Shown: one piece after another, positions 1 to 13,728 of the stretch | Numbering within the stretch: position 1 is the first letter of the stretch | Layout: every line of letters starts with the position of its first letter | NCBI GenBank assembly: GCA_030770535.1 | Contig: JASVEC010000026.1 | Coordinates: 248,001 to 312,000 of the forward strand | Length of the DNA stretch: 64,000 bases | Direction of reading: 5' to 3' | Source: Batkoa obscura | Taxonomy: Eukaryota | Notes under the pieces: model-generated | Told to the model about the DNA's origin: nothing | Databases searched by the model: none | What the model saw: the letters and a program-made list of their open reading frames with translations, nothing else | Translations under genes and position numbers: made by a program

Positions 1-2314
1 TATCATTTTGATTAATGGTGTATAAAATGCATAAGGATATAAATTTTTTAATTTTAATAAGATTGTCTTTAAATCTTCTGTTATTGTTATATTGGGATCC
101 AACTGAAACTTCTATTAAAATTAAAATTAAAATTAAAAATTAAAATTAAAATTAAAAATTATTATTATTATTATTAGTTATTAAATTTACCTCAAATAAA
201 ATAGGAATTGTTTCAGTAGCTAATATTTCAGCTAAATAATTATTACTAGTATCAATAGCAACACGATAAATAAATAAACATTTATGAGATAAATCACAAC
301 CTTTAAACTAATCAAAATATTCATTTAACTAAATTCTATTCTATTCTTATTTAAAAAATGTAAACTTACAAATTCCTTTAATCCTATAAAATATATATTT
401 TCTAATTTCAATTCAAATAAAGTATTCATTAAATTTCTTGATAGTTTAATAATTGTACAAAATTTATCAAATTTATCTTGATAATTTGTATCAGATTGAC
501 CAGGTGTTATTAAAGATAAACCAATCATTGAACAGATAGATAATAATTGAATATTTAATGAATTGAATTTTAATATTAATTCTTTGTTAGATGTTATATA
601 TTTATAAATTAATCGTTGTAATTGACATATAAAATAGAAATTGGTATCATCATTAGAATTCAATAAATAACATAAAATAGAATAAGCTATTTATATAAAA
701 ATAAAATTATTATTATTATTATTATTATGTATTATTATATATCATTATATATTATTAATATATAAAAACTTACCTGAAAATAAAAATGTTTCATAAAATG
801 TTTTTATCTGTATTATTTCATTATACTTAGGCCATGGTTTCTGAATAAAGTATCTTCATTAATTTTTATCTTCAATTTACTATTAAAAAAAACTATTTAC
901 CTCTAACAATAATTTCATAGCAAATTCTCTTACTTCACTTACTGGTGAAGCCAATGATCTCACCAAAGATCCATATAATGTCAACTCAATTGGACAATTT
1001 TGTTCTGTCATTTCCATCATTAAAACATCTCCTTTTTTAGAAATTATTGTAATTAAATCTATCGTTAATTTTTCAATTAACTTATCATAACCTTGATTCA
1101 ACTTAGTTGATTCACTTAATCCTAAGGAATGAATCAAACTATCTAATATAATTTCATATTCATAATAAGTAAGTTTAAGTTGATCATTTAAAAATGTTTG
1201 TTGAATTAAATGTTTTAAATTATTTAAAGAGAGTTCCTAAAAAAAAATTTAAATTTAATAACTAAATAATTGAATTCTTATTATTATTCTATTAAAACTT
1301 ACTTTAATCTTATTAGATGGTGAATTTAAGATACATAAATAAAGCCCTAATAATTGATAAATTTGCTATTTAAGATAATTAAATTAATAAATTATTCCTT
1401 TTGAAAATTTTAAATAAAAAAATAAACTTACCGCTGGTATTGTAGTTGGATATTCTAATTGTAAATATTGCAATGCAGTTAAAGCCTTATGACCCACTTG
1501 TTCTAAAAAAAAACGGAACATCAAAACATATTTTAAATATTAATTAGAAAAAAAACTTACCATCAAACTCTCTTAATCGAAATGGGATAAATAAAAATGC
1601 TAATAGTTGTCTTCTTAATGAAAATGGTAAGCTTTTCCTTTCTGCACGTTCAAACTTACCCAGTAACTGTTGAGCTTGATTGAGAGCTTTCATATATCCT
1701 ATATATGCTTCTTCTTGAATTGGGGAACTAAAGAAACCACCAGAACTGAAAGTACCATGTAATGAATTCTGTATCAAACTACCAAACCTTGTAGCTGTTG
1801 GACTACTTGAACCTGGCATTGGCTGAATATTAGGTAAATTTTTTAAAGTACCAGTTATAGTTGGAAAAGCAATGGAACTTCGATGACCTTCTTTTTCATT
1901 TAATACTAAAATATGGATCACTTTTCTTAATTCTTGAATTATTCGTTTGGATTCTGTTTTTGGTTGACGTGGGGACTTGAAGGCTTCAATACGTCGATGG
2001 AAATAGGAGACTGTGTGAATAGATAGATTACTAAAATTACTTTTAATGGCTCCTTTGAACTTTGCATTTCGACTATCTTTAAAACCAGTGGGCTTGACTT
2101 TATGTTTTTCCCCTTTTGTTACAGTTGGATTTTTAGTATTCTTTGAGTCTTCAATAACAATACTGGTATCCATTTCTGTATCTAACCAATTGGAATTGGG
2201 TTTTGAACTTGAAGTTTCAAATTGATGTTGATAGGAGCTATTTTGTGTATGAATATCATAAGGTGAGCTTTCTTCTATTAAATCTTCTTTGTTATGTTCT
2301 ATTATAGGTTCCAT
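1..2314 (-). CDS. Large multi-exon unknown protein, probably alpha-solenoid; 3' end lies beyond the left edge
   Basis: ATG at 2314 opens the long first exon (ORF 1544-2350). Further exons (ORFs 883-1137, 325-663) are separated by short introns whose minus-strand donors appear as 'cttac/ttac' on +. The tail motif YPYAFYTPL loosely recalls fungal UNC80-like proteins, unverified. Confidence 0.7.
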
Positions 2315-2571
2315 GAATTTATAATTTTTATAGTTAAAACAATAGATCAAATTTAATTCAATCCAACTTTTATATTAATTCCTTGTTCTAAAACTCAATA
2401 AAGGAACAGAACATTCGAATTAGTTAACTGATGGAATAGGAGCTTGATGAAATTTTTGCAATTACTTTTTTTTGCAATTGAAATTATTGCAAGCACTAGA
2501 TATTGAAATTTTGGATTTTTTCGGAATTGTACAATTGTTTTTTTTCATTTAAAAATAAAATCCATTTTAAA

Positions 2572-3008
2572 ATGGCTACCAAACTTACTACCTTAGCAAA
2601 TTCCGTTAAAGAATTAAGAATTCATTTCTGTCAACAATCGCCAGCTTCTAAAGGGTTGAGGTAAGTCCTTTGTTTCATCCTCTCCTAATTAAATCAAAAC
2701 ATGAGATTATGTGTTAAGAAGTTTTATTAATCGAATTTCAATTTCAACAGAGACTATGTACAAAATTCCTATGTTTCATTAAAGAAATCTCATCCACAAT
2801 TACCTATCCTTATTCGTGAAGCTCGTGGTGTTGAAGCTCGTGTATTTGGTCGTTTTGGTAAGTTTATTTATTTATTTATTTAATATTATGAGGATGAAAT
2901 TTTAATTCTAATAACTTTTTAGATAAGGGACAAGAAAAGAAAATTAATTTAGAAAATTTAAGTGTGAGCCAAGTCGATAGCAAAATTAAAGAATTACTTT
3001 CTCAGTAA
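2572..3008 (+). CDS. NDUFA2: NADH:ubiquinone oxidoreductase subunit B8/NDUFA2 (L51/S25/CI-B8 family), 3 exons
   Basis: Exons 2572-2660, 2751-2857 and 2923-3008 splice to MATKLTTLANSVKELRIHFCQQSPASKGLRDYVQNSYVSLKKSHPQLPILIREARGVEARVFGRFDKGQEKKINLENLSVSQVDSKIKELLSQ. Missed by the ORF track. Confidence 0.93.
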
Positions 3009-3803
3009 AATTAAAGATATGATCATTTTTTTAAAAATAAGTAGTTTATATGAACGTTGGTATTTTTTTTAAAAAATGATTTTGAATTTTTGGTGACCAT
3101 GATAAGTTTCAATAACTATTGGTAAGTTTAATGTTTGCTATGTATAGTTCAGATAAAGGTTACCTAGTTCATTTTATATGATTTAAATGCATTAAGACTA
3201 GATATAGTTAATATTTAAAAAGTTCATTTTTATTAGCTTTATATTGTTATCTTAATTAGTAGTAAAACTTTTGTATTTAATGAAATAAATCTATTCAAGC
3301 TGTAATACAAACTATCGAACAGAGCTTAATAAAGCTTCAATTTTATTTTGTTTAAAGTTTTAATTAGATTGATCAACGTTTAATATTGAAATATATTTAA
3401 TACATATTAAATTCATTAAAAAGCAGGCTATCTAGTGATAAAAAGCAATATAGTTCAAATTTAACATGCTTATTATAGCAAATAAAATTAATTTATTGAA
3501 GAATGTTAGATTTAAATAAAATCTTTACATTTTGATTTTTTTTTAAATTGTTTCCACAATCTTTATCATTCAACAATAAATATTTACAATTATTTTTATA
3601 AATTATAATTTAATAAACTATGTATTTAAAGCTTTAAAGTGTAATAAAAACTCAACCTTTATATCTATTACATCAAATGACAATAAATATTTGCTCACTG
3701 TATTGATTATAACGCTTTCGTAAATTGATAAAATTTAAGATAATCTTATCGGATCTCTAGAAATAAAAAAATTGATACTTTTTGAATTTAATAAAAATGG
3801 TAT

Positions 3804-4030
3804 CACACCTAGAGGTGGACAGAGTAGCTAAATACTAAATAAATGGGACTTATTTGCTAATAAATTTTTAGTAAGTTAGTCCCATTTATTTTGACGTATG
3901 TATGAATTTAACTAAATTATTACTTGATTTAGTAAAGCTCACAGATTTTACATAGTTTTATACTAAATAGAGTAGGAGGATTTTTGTGTTTTACTAAACA
4001 AAGTAGAAATTTGATTCACCTCTAAGTGTG
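3804..4030. mobile_element. ~227-bp MITE with 16-bp imperfect TIRs and an internal hairpin
   Basis: Left end CACACCTAGAGGTGGA; right end reverse-complements to CACACTTAGAGGTGAA and is followed by TA. Internal arms AAATAAATGGGACT.../...AGTCCCATTTATTT (~3837-3891). Confidence 0.7.
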
Positions 4031-4072
4031 TACTAGAGTTTATAAATTATGTTAAGCGTTTAAAGCTGATAG

Positions 4073-4172
4073 GGGGGTATATATCTTTGTTTAGGAATTT
4101 TACTAATAATCTTTCCGTTCAAATAGCGCTTAAAAAATGTAAAAAGTAATGAAGCCAAAAAAAAACACCCCC
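4073..4172 (+). mobile_element. MITE family 1 copy
   Basis: Consensus GGGGATGTATTTTTTTGTTTAAGAATTTTACTAACAATTTTTCCGCTCAAATAGCGCTTAAAAAATGGAAAAAGTGATGAAGCCAAAAAAAACACCCCC; TSD ATAG/ATAG. Confidence 0.9.
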
Positions 4173-4585
4173 ATAGAGACATTTGAGATATTGAATTAAA
4201 CTACAAGTATTTTAGAAACTGTTAAGTATTTAGGTCCACCAAGTAAAATAAAGTCATTAAAATTACATTCAAATTGTTTTTTACAATTTGATGGAATAGA
4301 TATTGTCAAGCCCAAATTTAATAAATTGAAAATATTATATTTAACTACAAATACTGTTTCTTGCTCATTAAGTGATATGGATTCTGAACTCGTATTTTAA
4401 TTTTAATTTAAAGTTGTTGAAGAAAAAGCCAATGATATATTGAGTTCTAATTTTTGAAATCTAATAAAGCTCAAAAGTATACAATTAATGAGCCTCTCAG
4501 GTGAGCTTTTCAGAAGGGAAAAAGATAATATAAGATTAATTGAAAACATTATATTATTATTAAGTTGTTATTGATTTGTACATTT

Positions 4586-4684
4586 GGGGGTATCTTTTTT
4601 GGCTTCATCACTTTTTCCATATTTTAAGCGCTATTCAAGCGGAAAAATTGTTAGCAAAATTCTTAAACACAAAGATATATCTCC
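4586..4684 (-). mobile_element. MITE family 1 copy
   Basis: Reverse orientation; TSD ATTT/ATTT; sits inside the F-box/LRR relic. Confidence 0.9.
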
Positions 4685-5392
4685 ATTTACTTAATCATGA
4701 TTTTATTAATTTATCTACTTTAAAGGAGGTTCATACCAACAAAATATTAGCAAGTATACTCAAATTAGTATATAAAATAGCAACTATACAAGTTATATGC
4801 TTTGATCAATTAGAATAAAAGAAAATGAGATTGGTAATAAATAATTATGTAAAAAAGATAAATATCGAGAACCTTTATAATAACTTGATTGATTTTCCTT
4901 CTTTTTTAACATTATTCTCTAACCTTGCATGATTAAAATTAAGGAGTTTGGCTTAATAGGTTGTGATGTGGATACTAAAATTCAATCATACCTTAATAAA
5001 CTAATATTACTTATTTCCTGTTATCTTTATGAAATAGAGATAGAAGATGAGATTTGTATTCTATTAGAAATTATACCAATGTTATCTTGGATAAAATTAT
5101 AATAAATTTACCATTGAATTGAATAATATAGCATTTTTTTTGTTTTTAACGTTTGATAGATTTTACTAATGTAATAAAATAATTCCTTTTGATTACTCAT
5201 AAAAATTCTCAAACATAAAAATACATCCCCAAGTGATGATAAAGAAAATACATATAACAAATATAAAAATACAACATTTTTCTTTTTAATTAATTAATTA
5301 TTTTTTAGTACAAGGATGTTAAATTACTAACAACAAAATACTATGAAAACAATAAATTATTGAAAAAAGCTATCACAAACTTATTTATTGTT

Positions 5393-5857
5393 TTAACAAA
5401 ATAGGACCCAAGCATATACACTACCAACAAATTGCTCATTCTTAACATTATTCTTAATCAATGCACAACCAATATCATTTGAAATAATATCACTAATATC
5501 CTGATGTTTACATAAAAACTTTGTAGTTTCATGTACTCCATTATCATTAAAACAATTAACAATAGCCCTAAACATCTCCAAAGTTAAATTTAGTTTATTA
5601 AGTACAAATATAACACGTTCGCTATTTCAAGTAGCATTAAAATGTTTTATTATTTTATCATCAGCACAACTATAAAACCTTTCTTTATCTATAACTGGCA
5701 TACTATCACAATTATAGTTTTCATGTAATAACTGGGATCCATCATTATCTTGAGTATCGCTGTATTTATAGAATATATCCAATAGTTGTTGTTTTTCTTC
5801 AATTGTAGGTTTTTCGTTGTAGTAAATTCCTAAACAATCTATCATTTGGTTGATCAT
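5393..5857 (-). pseudogene. Intronless orphan reading frame (~154 codons) broken by one in-frame TGA
   Basis: ORFs 5627-5857 and 5393-5581 are in the same frame. The intervening codons NSERVIFVLNKLNLT are open, and the only stop is TGA at 5629-5627. Confidence 0.55.
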
Positions 5858-6075
5858 AAATGTTCACTTTGGTATTTAGTTAAATAATATCGTAAAGGAG
5901 TATATTATATTATATTGTAATTTAAGTGTATTAAGTTTAATTTTGAAAAAAATAGCTATATTGCTTTAACCAATGGAATTGTTCTGTTTATAGTATTTCA
6001 AAAAATAAAATGGTGATTTTAAAAATAAAATGAATATATCAATTTCTTTTCTTTTAGTTTCAACTCTTTTTTAAT

Positions 6076-7380
6076 ATGCCATTACAGTTTGAACAATTAT
6101 CCGATATCCTTCTAGAGCAAAATTTTAAACTGACAAACCCTGTTAAGTTGTTGGAGCAGTGCTTTTTAAGCAAATATCTGTTTGGAATTACAGGCAGAGT
6201 AGTCATACAATTTGATTTACTCAGTTTACAACCGAGAGGAATTTGAAGAATATCAACATTATCAAAAGATTTTTATTAAAAAAGATGGAACATTAATGAG
6301 GCATATAAACATTTACAATGACGGTTCCCTATTTTTAGGTTATTGTCCGAATTTAGTATCCATATATTATAAAACATATAGTTATTTCAATAGTAATGAC
6401 GGCATTGAATTGGAAATCAAACTGCTAAAGTTAAAAAAGTTGATTATCAATTCAAATGGACGCTCGCCATCATTAAGTAGATTTAAAGACTATTTGAATC
6501 AACTTGAAGCATTGGAGTGCAAAAAATACAACATAACTATTAAATATATTATTAGTTGTTTAAATCTATTTAGTTTAAAACCCTTAAAATTGCACTCTGG
6601 GAGTAATTTAGATTGTGACGGTTTAGATATCCTTAAAACAAAATTCCCTAAGTTAAAAATATTGCAACTAATATCAGATAATTTATTCATCACTTCCACT
6701 CAAATCAATTCTAATATAAACTTTACTTCTTTTATAAAGCTAGAAATTAAAGGGTTTGATCCTAGTTTCGATATAAACTATTTCGGCGATCTGAAAAAGA
6801 TTAAAAGTATAAAGCTATTAAATGATACATGTGATTGTTTTATTATTAATAATAAAGGAAACGATACGGATTTAACGAAAGATGGTAATATCGTTAAGTT
6901 AGGTTACTTTCATTCATATTGTCAACTTAACTATGACTTTCTAAAATTGTCTACTTTGAAAGAATTATATACTGTTGAGTTATTTGAAGAGCTGTTACAG
7001 TCTATTTCTTCACTGCCAAATATTCAAACTATTAATATCTATCACTTAGATTGCTTTGAAAATGAGATATTTGATAAGCATAAACTAAGGGGTAATATTT
7101 TAGATGCAAAAAAACATAAATCAATTCAAAATAAGTTTATAAAACAAATCAAGATTGACAATTATACTAACGACTGTAATGCATTTTGTAAATTTTTATC
7201 CATATTTCCAAATCTCGAGGTACTTTAAACTGAAGAGATTAAGCCTGTGGATCCAAGTGAAGATGGGGTTATTGATCTTATACTTTCTACTCCTTTGTTA
7301 GTTATTACCACAATAGAATACAAAAGGATTTGAATTTTTATGATGAATTGGAGGAGAATCAAATGATATATTGGATGTAG
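6076..7380 (+). pseudogene. F-box/LRR-like protein, frameshifted
   Basis: MPLQFEQLSDILLEQNFKLTNPVKLLEQCFLSKYLF is an F-box-like N-terminus in a different frame from the 6212-7228 LRR-like ORF. Premature TAA at 7226-7228, with homology continuing to ~7380. Confidence 0.75.
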
Positions 7381-7723
7381 TTATAACATATCAGAGCTAT
7401 ATAAAAATACAACGATAAAATATCTGCTATCATTGTTTTAGCTATATTTTTCAATCATACTATTTATAATTTCTATTTTTTAATATTACCTTTGAGTTCT
7501 CGTAACAATCGCTAATTTTGTTTTAGAATGTAGAATAAACAAGTTATTTTATATATAATCTTTAGTTAAATTTTGTCTACTTTAATTGATATTGTTTAAA
7601 AGAAAAGTACTGTTTTTTAAGACATTTTCATTTTGTAATCAAAGGGGATTTTGTCATTAAAAAGTATTGTCCATTTTTTTCTTTTTATCTTCTTTCTTCT
7701 TTAAATTTAAAAATCTAACTTAA

Positions 7724-9360
7724 ATGAATCGAATAAAATTGACGGCAAATAACATCCAACGATTTTACACGACAAGTCAAGGAGGATTCGGACATATAGG
7801 AGTATTGAAAGAAGAAATGATACAAAAATTAGCAATAAAAAATGAAGAAGATAAAATATATTTAGACTTAACATTTGGATTTGGTGGATATACTAAGATG
7901 ATATTAGGTAATTATAAATAAACAGTAATAATAAAGAAATGAGAATTCAATACTTGAAAAGATAGATATGATAAAGTGAAAGTTATCGCTTTAGACCAGG
8001 ATCCAAGTGCTTTTCTTAGAGCTCATCAGCTTTCTCTAAATCCAAGTTATAGGTAATATAATTTTTATGTAAGAGTATTAGTTAATATCTTTATTTTGAT
8101 GCAGAGGTCGACTAATCCCAATGCTAGGGAAATTTGGTCAACTTGAAGAGCATTTGAATTTTTATAACCAACTTTACAATGAAGATAAAACAGTGCCAAG
8201 GTAAAATTAGCAATTAACTTCTAATTCATTTACTAAGTTTAAATTTAGTTTTGAAAAAGTTGATGGTATAGTTATGGACATTGGAGTATCAAGTGAACAA
8301 GTAACATATTTTAATCTTATTTTATCTTATAATGTTTAATAAGTTTAGATAGATGATCCTGCAAAAGGATTTTCTTATAGTAAAGAAGGAGTCCTGGATA
8401 TGAGGATGTGTCAATTAGATGTACGAACAGAAGAAAAGATTCGGCAATTAGGATCAAAACAAGAGCTAATGCTAGAATTAAACAAAAAGTTATATTTGGA
8501 TAAAATCTTAACAGCGCATCAAATAGTCAATAATTTTAGCTACGACCAACTGTGTGATATTATATTTAAGGTAAGAATAACGCAATTTATTTTAGCAGTT
8601 ATTGATAGTATATTAGTATGGAGAAGAAAAGTTTTCAAAAAGAATAGCACAAGGCATAGTTGAAGAAAGAAATAAAAAAGTGATTAATAGTACCGCTGAG
8701 TTAGCAAATATTATCTTGAAAGTTTGTCCGAAACACCTCAGACCTAGTAAGTGGAATAGCTACGGAAGTAGTTCACCACATCCAGCAGCAAGAACATTTC
8801 AAGGGTAATTAATTACTATTGTTAAGCTTTAATTTGTTGATTTATTATTTATAGTCTAAGAATTTATATTAATGACGAGGTAATATTGAGTTTAATAAAA
8901 ATAGCAGCTTTAAATTAACAAATTTTAGTTAAATGAGCTTAACAAAGCGTTAGATAGTAGTGTTAATTTATTAAAACCAGAATCAAGGTTAGTAGTAGTA
9001 AGTTTTCATTCTCTAGAAGACCGACTAGTAAAAAAGTTTATCTACCAACATATTAGCCGAAATAAACATAAAGAAACTATTAATTTTGATAAGAAACAAA
9101 GCGATAGTTACATTAAAGAATTAAAAAAGAAAAGAAAAGTAACTCATCAACATAAATTAAACTCTCTATTGAATGATCAACAAGAATATGAGCAGCATAG
9201 TGATTTTAATAATTTTGAGGAGGAGGATGCTGATAAACCTAAATTTAAATTAGACGTATCAAAATCAAATGCTCTTATTTTACCTTCTAGTGAGGAAATT
9301 GAAATAAACTTTAGAGCTAGATCCGCAAAATTAAGGTATGCTATTAGAACTGAATATTGA
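7724..9360 (+). CDS. METTL15: RsmH/MraW (METTL15)-like rRNA small-subunit m4C methyltransferase, probably mitochondrial; multi-exon
   Basis: Motifs [78 protein letters not shown] and [15 protein letters not shown]; Arg/Thr-rich N-terminus. Confidence 0.9.
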
Positions 9361-9860
9361 TCTTTTGTTGTAATACAATAAATAAGTAAATATTCTTACA
9401 AAAATAGAAAAATATAGTTGGATTTTATAAATAAATTAAAACTGTATAATACGATATTACATATACTAAGTTTATATGGTGTTTAGGAATTTTTAATTTC
9501 ATTACAACTCAATTAGTGGTAAAATCATTAAAGTTATGAATAATAAATGTTTAGCTTCTAAATTTTTTATTTTAAATCTAAACAACTCTGTATTATTGTA
9601 AAATTTTCACTCATATTTTAAATGTTTTTTCATTCTAATTATTTTTCATTTTTTTTAACCAAAATTAAACGCCTATATATTAGTTTAACTGTTAAAAAAA
9701 ACCTGAATAAAAAAAATGTTTTAGCGCGTTTTATTTGTCATAATTTTAGCAGAGAATGCTTTAATTGGCAAATTAATCCCTAATTTTTCTATAATAATTA
9801 CACAAAGTTTTGCTCATACTATATTAAAAAAACTTATTTCCTTTTTTTAAATAACTCAAG

Positions 9861-12022
9861 ATGAGTAAGAAGGCTAATTTTGATAATATCGGTATACAGG
9901 GAAGGTAATTAAGAACAATATCTAATAATGGTTATATTAAATTTTAATTAGACGAACCGGAGTTACTTTAAAGGAAGTCAAAGTAGATGAAGATGGGATG
10001 CCTGATTTTGATGATATGTTTGATGTAAGTCAGAAACCTATGATTAGCCAAACCTTCAATGAAATTGAGTTTGATCAATTTGATGAATTTCCAATTGAAA
10101 CTCAATATGGTGATGATATCAGTAATAAAAGTACTTTATTAAAAGACAATAAACCAATAACATCAAATGAAAGCGATGAAGAAGAAATATATGATAAAAA
10201 AGGCACTCATGGCTTGGATTCATTTGAAATTAAAGAGATAATAGGCAGTAATATATTGAGCCAGAAAAGCTTACCATCAAAGCAAGCCCCATTAAATAAT
10301 AATAGCAATAAAATAAATGAGGAATCAAATAAAGAAAAAAGAACAATTCAAACCTCGACTCCAACTAGTGCTATCTCACGAAGGAATACGCCTCGAAAAA
10401 TCAAGGCTGTGAACTACAATGAATTATATATGAGTGATCCGCATAAATATTTAAAAACACATACGCTGAGTACAAAAGATAATAATGTGATTACAACCCC
10501 ATCCAAAAATCTAAGCAGAAATGATAATGATAGAATTTTAGTAAAATCAGAAGATAGGGATTTGGTAAAAAATAAGGCATCAGATGATAATTCGAACGTT
10601 AACCTTGAGGAATCCTTTGATCAATTATCGCTTAAAAATAGCAATATAATATTGCGAAATAAAACATTAGTACCAATTTTGAAAAGTGCACAATCTATGA
10701 ATTCGCCAAGAAAAACAAATAACAATGGAAATAAAAAGGCTATGCATGTATCTTTTAATGAAATTGAAAAAGAAATATGTAACAAATTTTATTTTTTAAA
10801 ATTCGATTAATTTATTTTAATTAGCAGTAACGACTAATATGAATTCTATTAAGAAAGGTAATTTTTAGTTCTTATTATAACTAAATATATGCTAACTACT
10901 AGTAAAGATAGCAATACAATTAAGGAGCAAGATTTTGAAAATGATATGCTTGATTCAATAAAAGGTACTGAGGATCCAAAAAGCCCTAAGAACAAAGCCC
11001 CTACAAAGAAAAGAGGGAAGAAGAAAATCCTTTTGAGAAAAACCAAAAACAAGACACTAGCAGAATTATATGACAACGATTTTGCCCTTAGGGAAGAAAA
11101 AAAGAAGTTACCAACTCCTACGATAGTGATCAAACCAAAAGAAGGATTTAGGACAAAAAGAGAAACTAGAGCTAAGGCTCCAGAAAAGAAGAAAAAGGAT
11201 AACTTACCTAAAGTTAGTTTGTTTTTTTCTCCAGCTAACGAAGATTATCTTCCTAGTGATTATTTTAATACTCCAAGTAAAAATGCCGGTAAGAAGAAGG
11301 GTGACACCCGTTTAAATGAAACCAAAGAAGTTGAAAACAAAAAACCAAGCACCAACAAATCAAAGAACGATAGTTCAAAAAATGATTTGACCAAACAAAC
11401 TTCAGTTCAAGTGTTGACATCTTTAAATGAAAAAAGCAAAAATAAAAGCCCAAAGAAGAGATCACCAAAAGAGCAGGAAAATCAAGAAGAAGATGAAGCG
11501 ACATTGTCAGTAAGAAGAAGTAAAAGACATAGAATACAGCCACTTAAATTTTGGGAAAACGAACAACCAAGTAGCTCTAAAGATCGAGGAATTAATGAAA
11601 TAGTCGAAGAAGATATATTTGATATAGGAGATACTGATCTACCAAATAATCAGAATGAGTCGATCAAAGGAGAGGTAATAAATTCAAATAGTGAAAGGAG
11701 AGAAATAGCTTCAATATATCCAAAGATTGAACCAATCATTAAAAAGAATTATAAACTTTACATCAGTGCCCAACAACACCCTAATTTCCAAACTGGGTTA
11801 TTATGTATCAATCGTCAAAAGGCAGAGCCATTGTCAGTTAAGTCAAAATATAGGATTGTTTACTTTGTTGCCCAAGGAAAAGTAGAAGTCACTGTTAATC
11901 ATAAATCTCATATTGTTAACATACATCAGTCTTTTTCAATCTCACCTAATACTGCTTACTCTATTGGTAATTTGAATTTATCAGAATCAAAATTAACATA
12001 TTATTTGGCAACAGAAGGTTGA
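9861..12022 (+). CDS. MIF2: Inner kinetochore protein CENP-C/Mif2
   Basis: N-terminal GIQGRRTGVTLKEVKVDEDGMPDFDDMF (intron ~9905-9950), CENP-C motif RRSKRHRIQPLKFWENE and C-terminal cupin (VYFVAQGKVEVTVN...NTAYSIGN). Two small introns near 10780-10900. Confidence 0.88.
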
Positions 12023-12418
12023 ATTTTATAAAGTTAAGACACATGTAATTACAGACAAGTATGCTATTTAAAAACTTAAAAGTCGATATGGCTTTATTTG
12101 GTTACAGCTTAAATTATTTGCAGTTTTTCAAGAATTAAATTATACTTTCTCATTTAATAAACTAACTCTAATGCTATTTAATCATTGTTTTTTGTGTCAC
12201 AATTAAGAAAAATGCTACGATTTTAATTGTTGTGTTAATAGCGATATAGTCATCTAAGAAATATCAAATTTAAAACTTATAATATCTACAATATTTTTAA
12301 AATTCTAAATTTAGAAAAGATTAAGGAATAAACTTAGTGATTTAAAAAGAGACTAAAATTAACTATATGTAAACTCATATGCAAAAATCAAATAGTTTAT
12401 AACTTAAAAATATGCGTA

Positions 12419-13728
12419 TTAATTTAAAGGAGTAAGCCCAGCTATTTTGAAAGCTCTTTCTAAATCTTCAATAAGATCATCGACATGCTCGATACCTATA
12501 CATAATCGTATAAGATCCTCTGGAAAGTTACGTGCTGCCCTAACCTCAGCTGGAATAGAAGCATGAGACATACTGCAAGGCATACTATATTTAACAATAA
12601 ATAACTTAGCTACAAAAACAAAGATTTAAAATTACCTAATAAGCGAATTGATACAACCAAAGGATACCGATATACCCCAAAGTTTAGTTGATTCTACAAT
12701 ACGTTCTGATAACCCCACATCACCTGTTTCAATACTTAAAACAGCGCCTGGTCCATCGGCCATACTTTGATGTAGCTCAAATTGAGGATGCGATTTTAAA
12801 CCAGGATAACGTACTTTTAACCCTAAATTTTCTAAATAATTGGCTATCTTAATAGCATTTTTTTGTTGACGTTCCATACGTACTGCTAACGTTTTTACTC
12901 CCCTCATTAATAACCAAGAATCAAATGGGGATAGACCACATCCTGAAGCATTTACTATAAAATAAAGTTGATTTCCTAATTCTTCAGTTTTGGCCCCTAT
13001 TACTCCAGCCATAAGATCATGATGGCCACTTAAATACTTGGTACCCGAATGGTAAACGATATCAGCGCCTAATTCCAATGGTCGAAGTAGATAAGGTGAC
13101 ATCATAGTATTATCAACTACTATTAAAGCAGAAGGATTTTTTTCATGTACTAGTTGAGCAATAGTAGATATATCTGCAATTTTGATTAGTGGATTGGTTG
13201 GTGTTTCTAATAAAACCATTTTTGTTTTTTCACTTAATTTTGATATCACAGAGTCTACTTTAGTTGTATCAACATGATGAGTAATAATACCAGCATGCGA
13301 CTTTAAAAAGTTTAATAGTCGATTTGTACCTACAGAAATAAAGGTTAGCATATACTTATCAATGAGCAATGATCTTTAAACTTACCACCATAGAGATCAT
13401 CTCCAGCAATAACTTCATCCCCAGATTTACATAATCTCATAATAACGTCTAAAGCTCCCATACCACTCGAAACTGCCAACCCTCTCTTTGCTTTCATTAA
13501 TTTTGCAAGATGAGTTTCGAGGTGAGTGCGTGTTGGGTTACCACTTCTTGAATAATCATATACTCCACCTTCTGTCACTGAGTGTTGTTTGAATGTGGCA
13601 GTTTGATAAATTGGCACTGAAGCTGCGTTGTATGGATCTCTTATACCATCGGTACTATCAATATATACCACTTCGGTAGATAAATGGTATGGCTTTTTAA
13701 AGTTTGGGGAAGTTGGTGTACTGGTCAT
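12419..13728 (-). CDS. STR3: Cystathionine beta-lyase (Cys/Met metabolism PLP enzyme), 3 exons
   Basis: YDYSRSGNPTR, ETPTNP, DNTMMSP, HSGTKYLSGHHD (PLP lysine), and last exon MPCSMSHASIPAEVRAARNFPEDLIRLCIGIE. Confidence 0.9.

Larger units (their letters stand above)
3500..5110 (+). pseudogene. Heavily decayed F-box/LRR-like paralog interrupted by three transposon insertions
   Basis: Fragments KLHSN..FDGIDIVKPKFNKLKIL (~4260-4340) and LNHDFINLSTLKEVHT (~4690-4737) match KLHSGSNLDCDGLDILKTKFPKLKIL and LNYDFLKLSTLKELYT of the 6076 copy. Outer boundaries are approximate. Confidence 0.65.

Noticed and set aside
115..180. (TTAAAA)n and (TTA)n repeats as telomeric sequence
   Set aside because: Intronic microsatellites, not TTAGGG-type.
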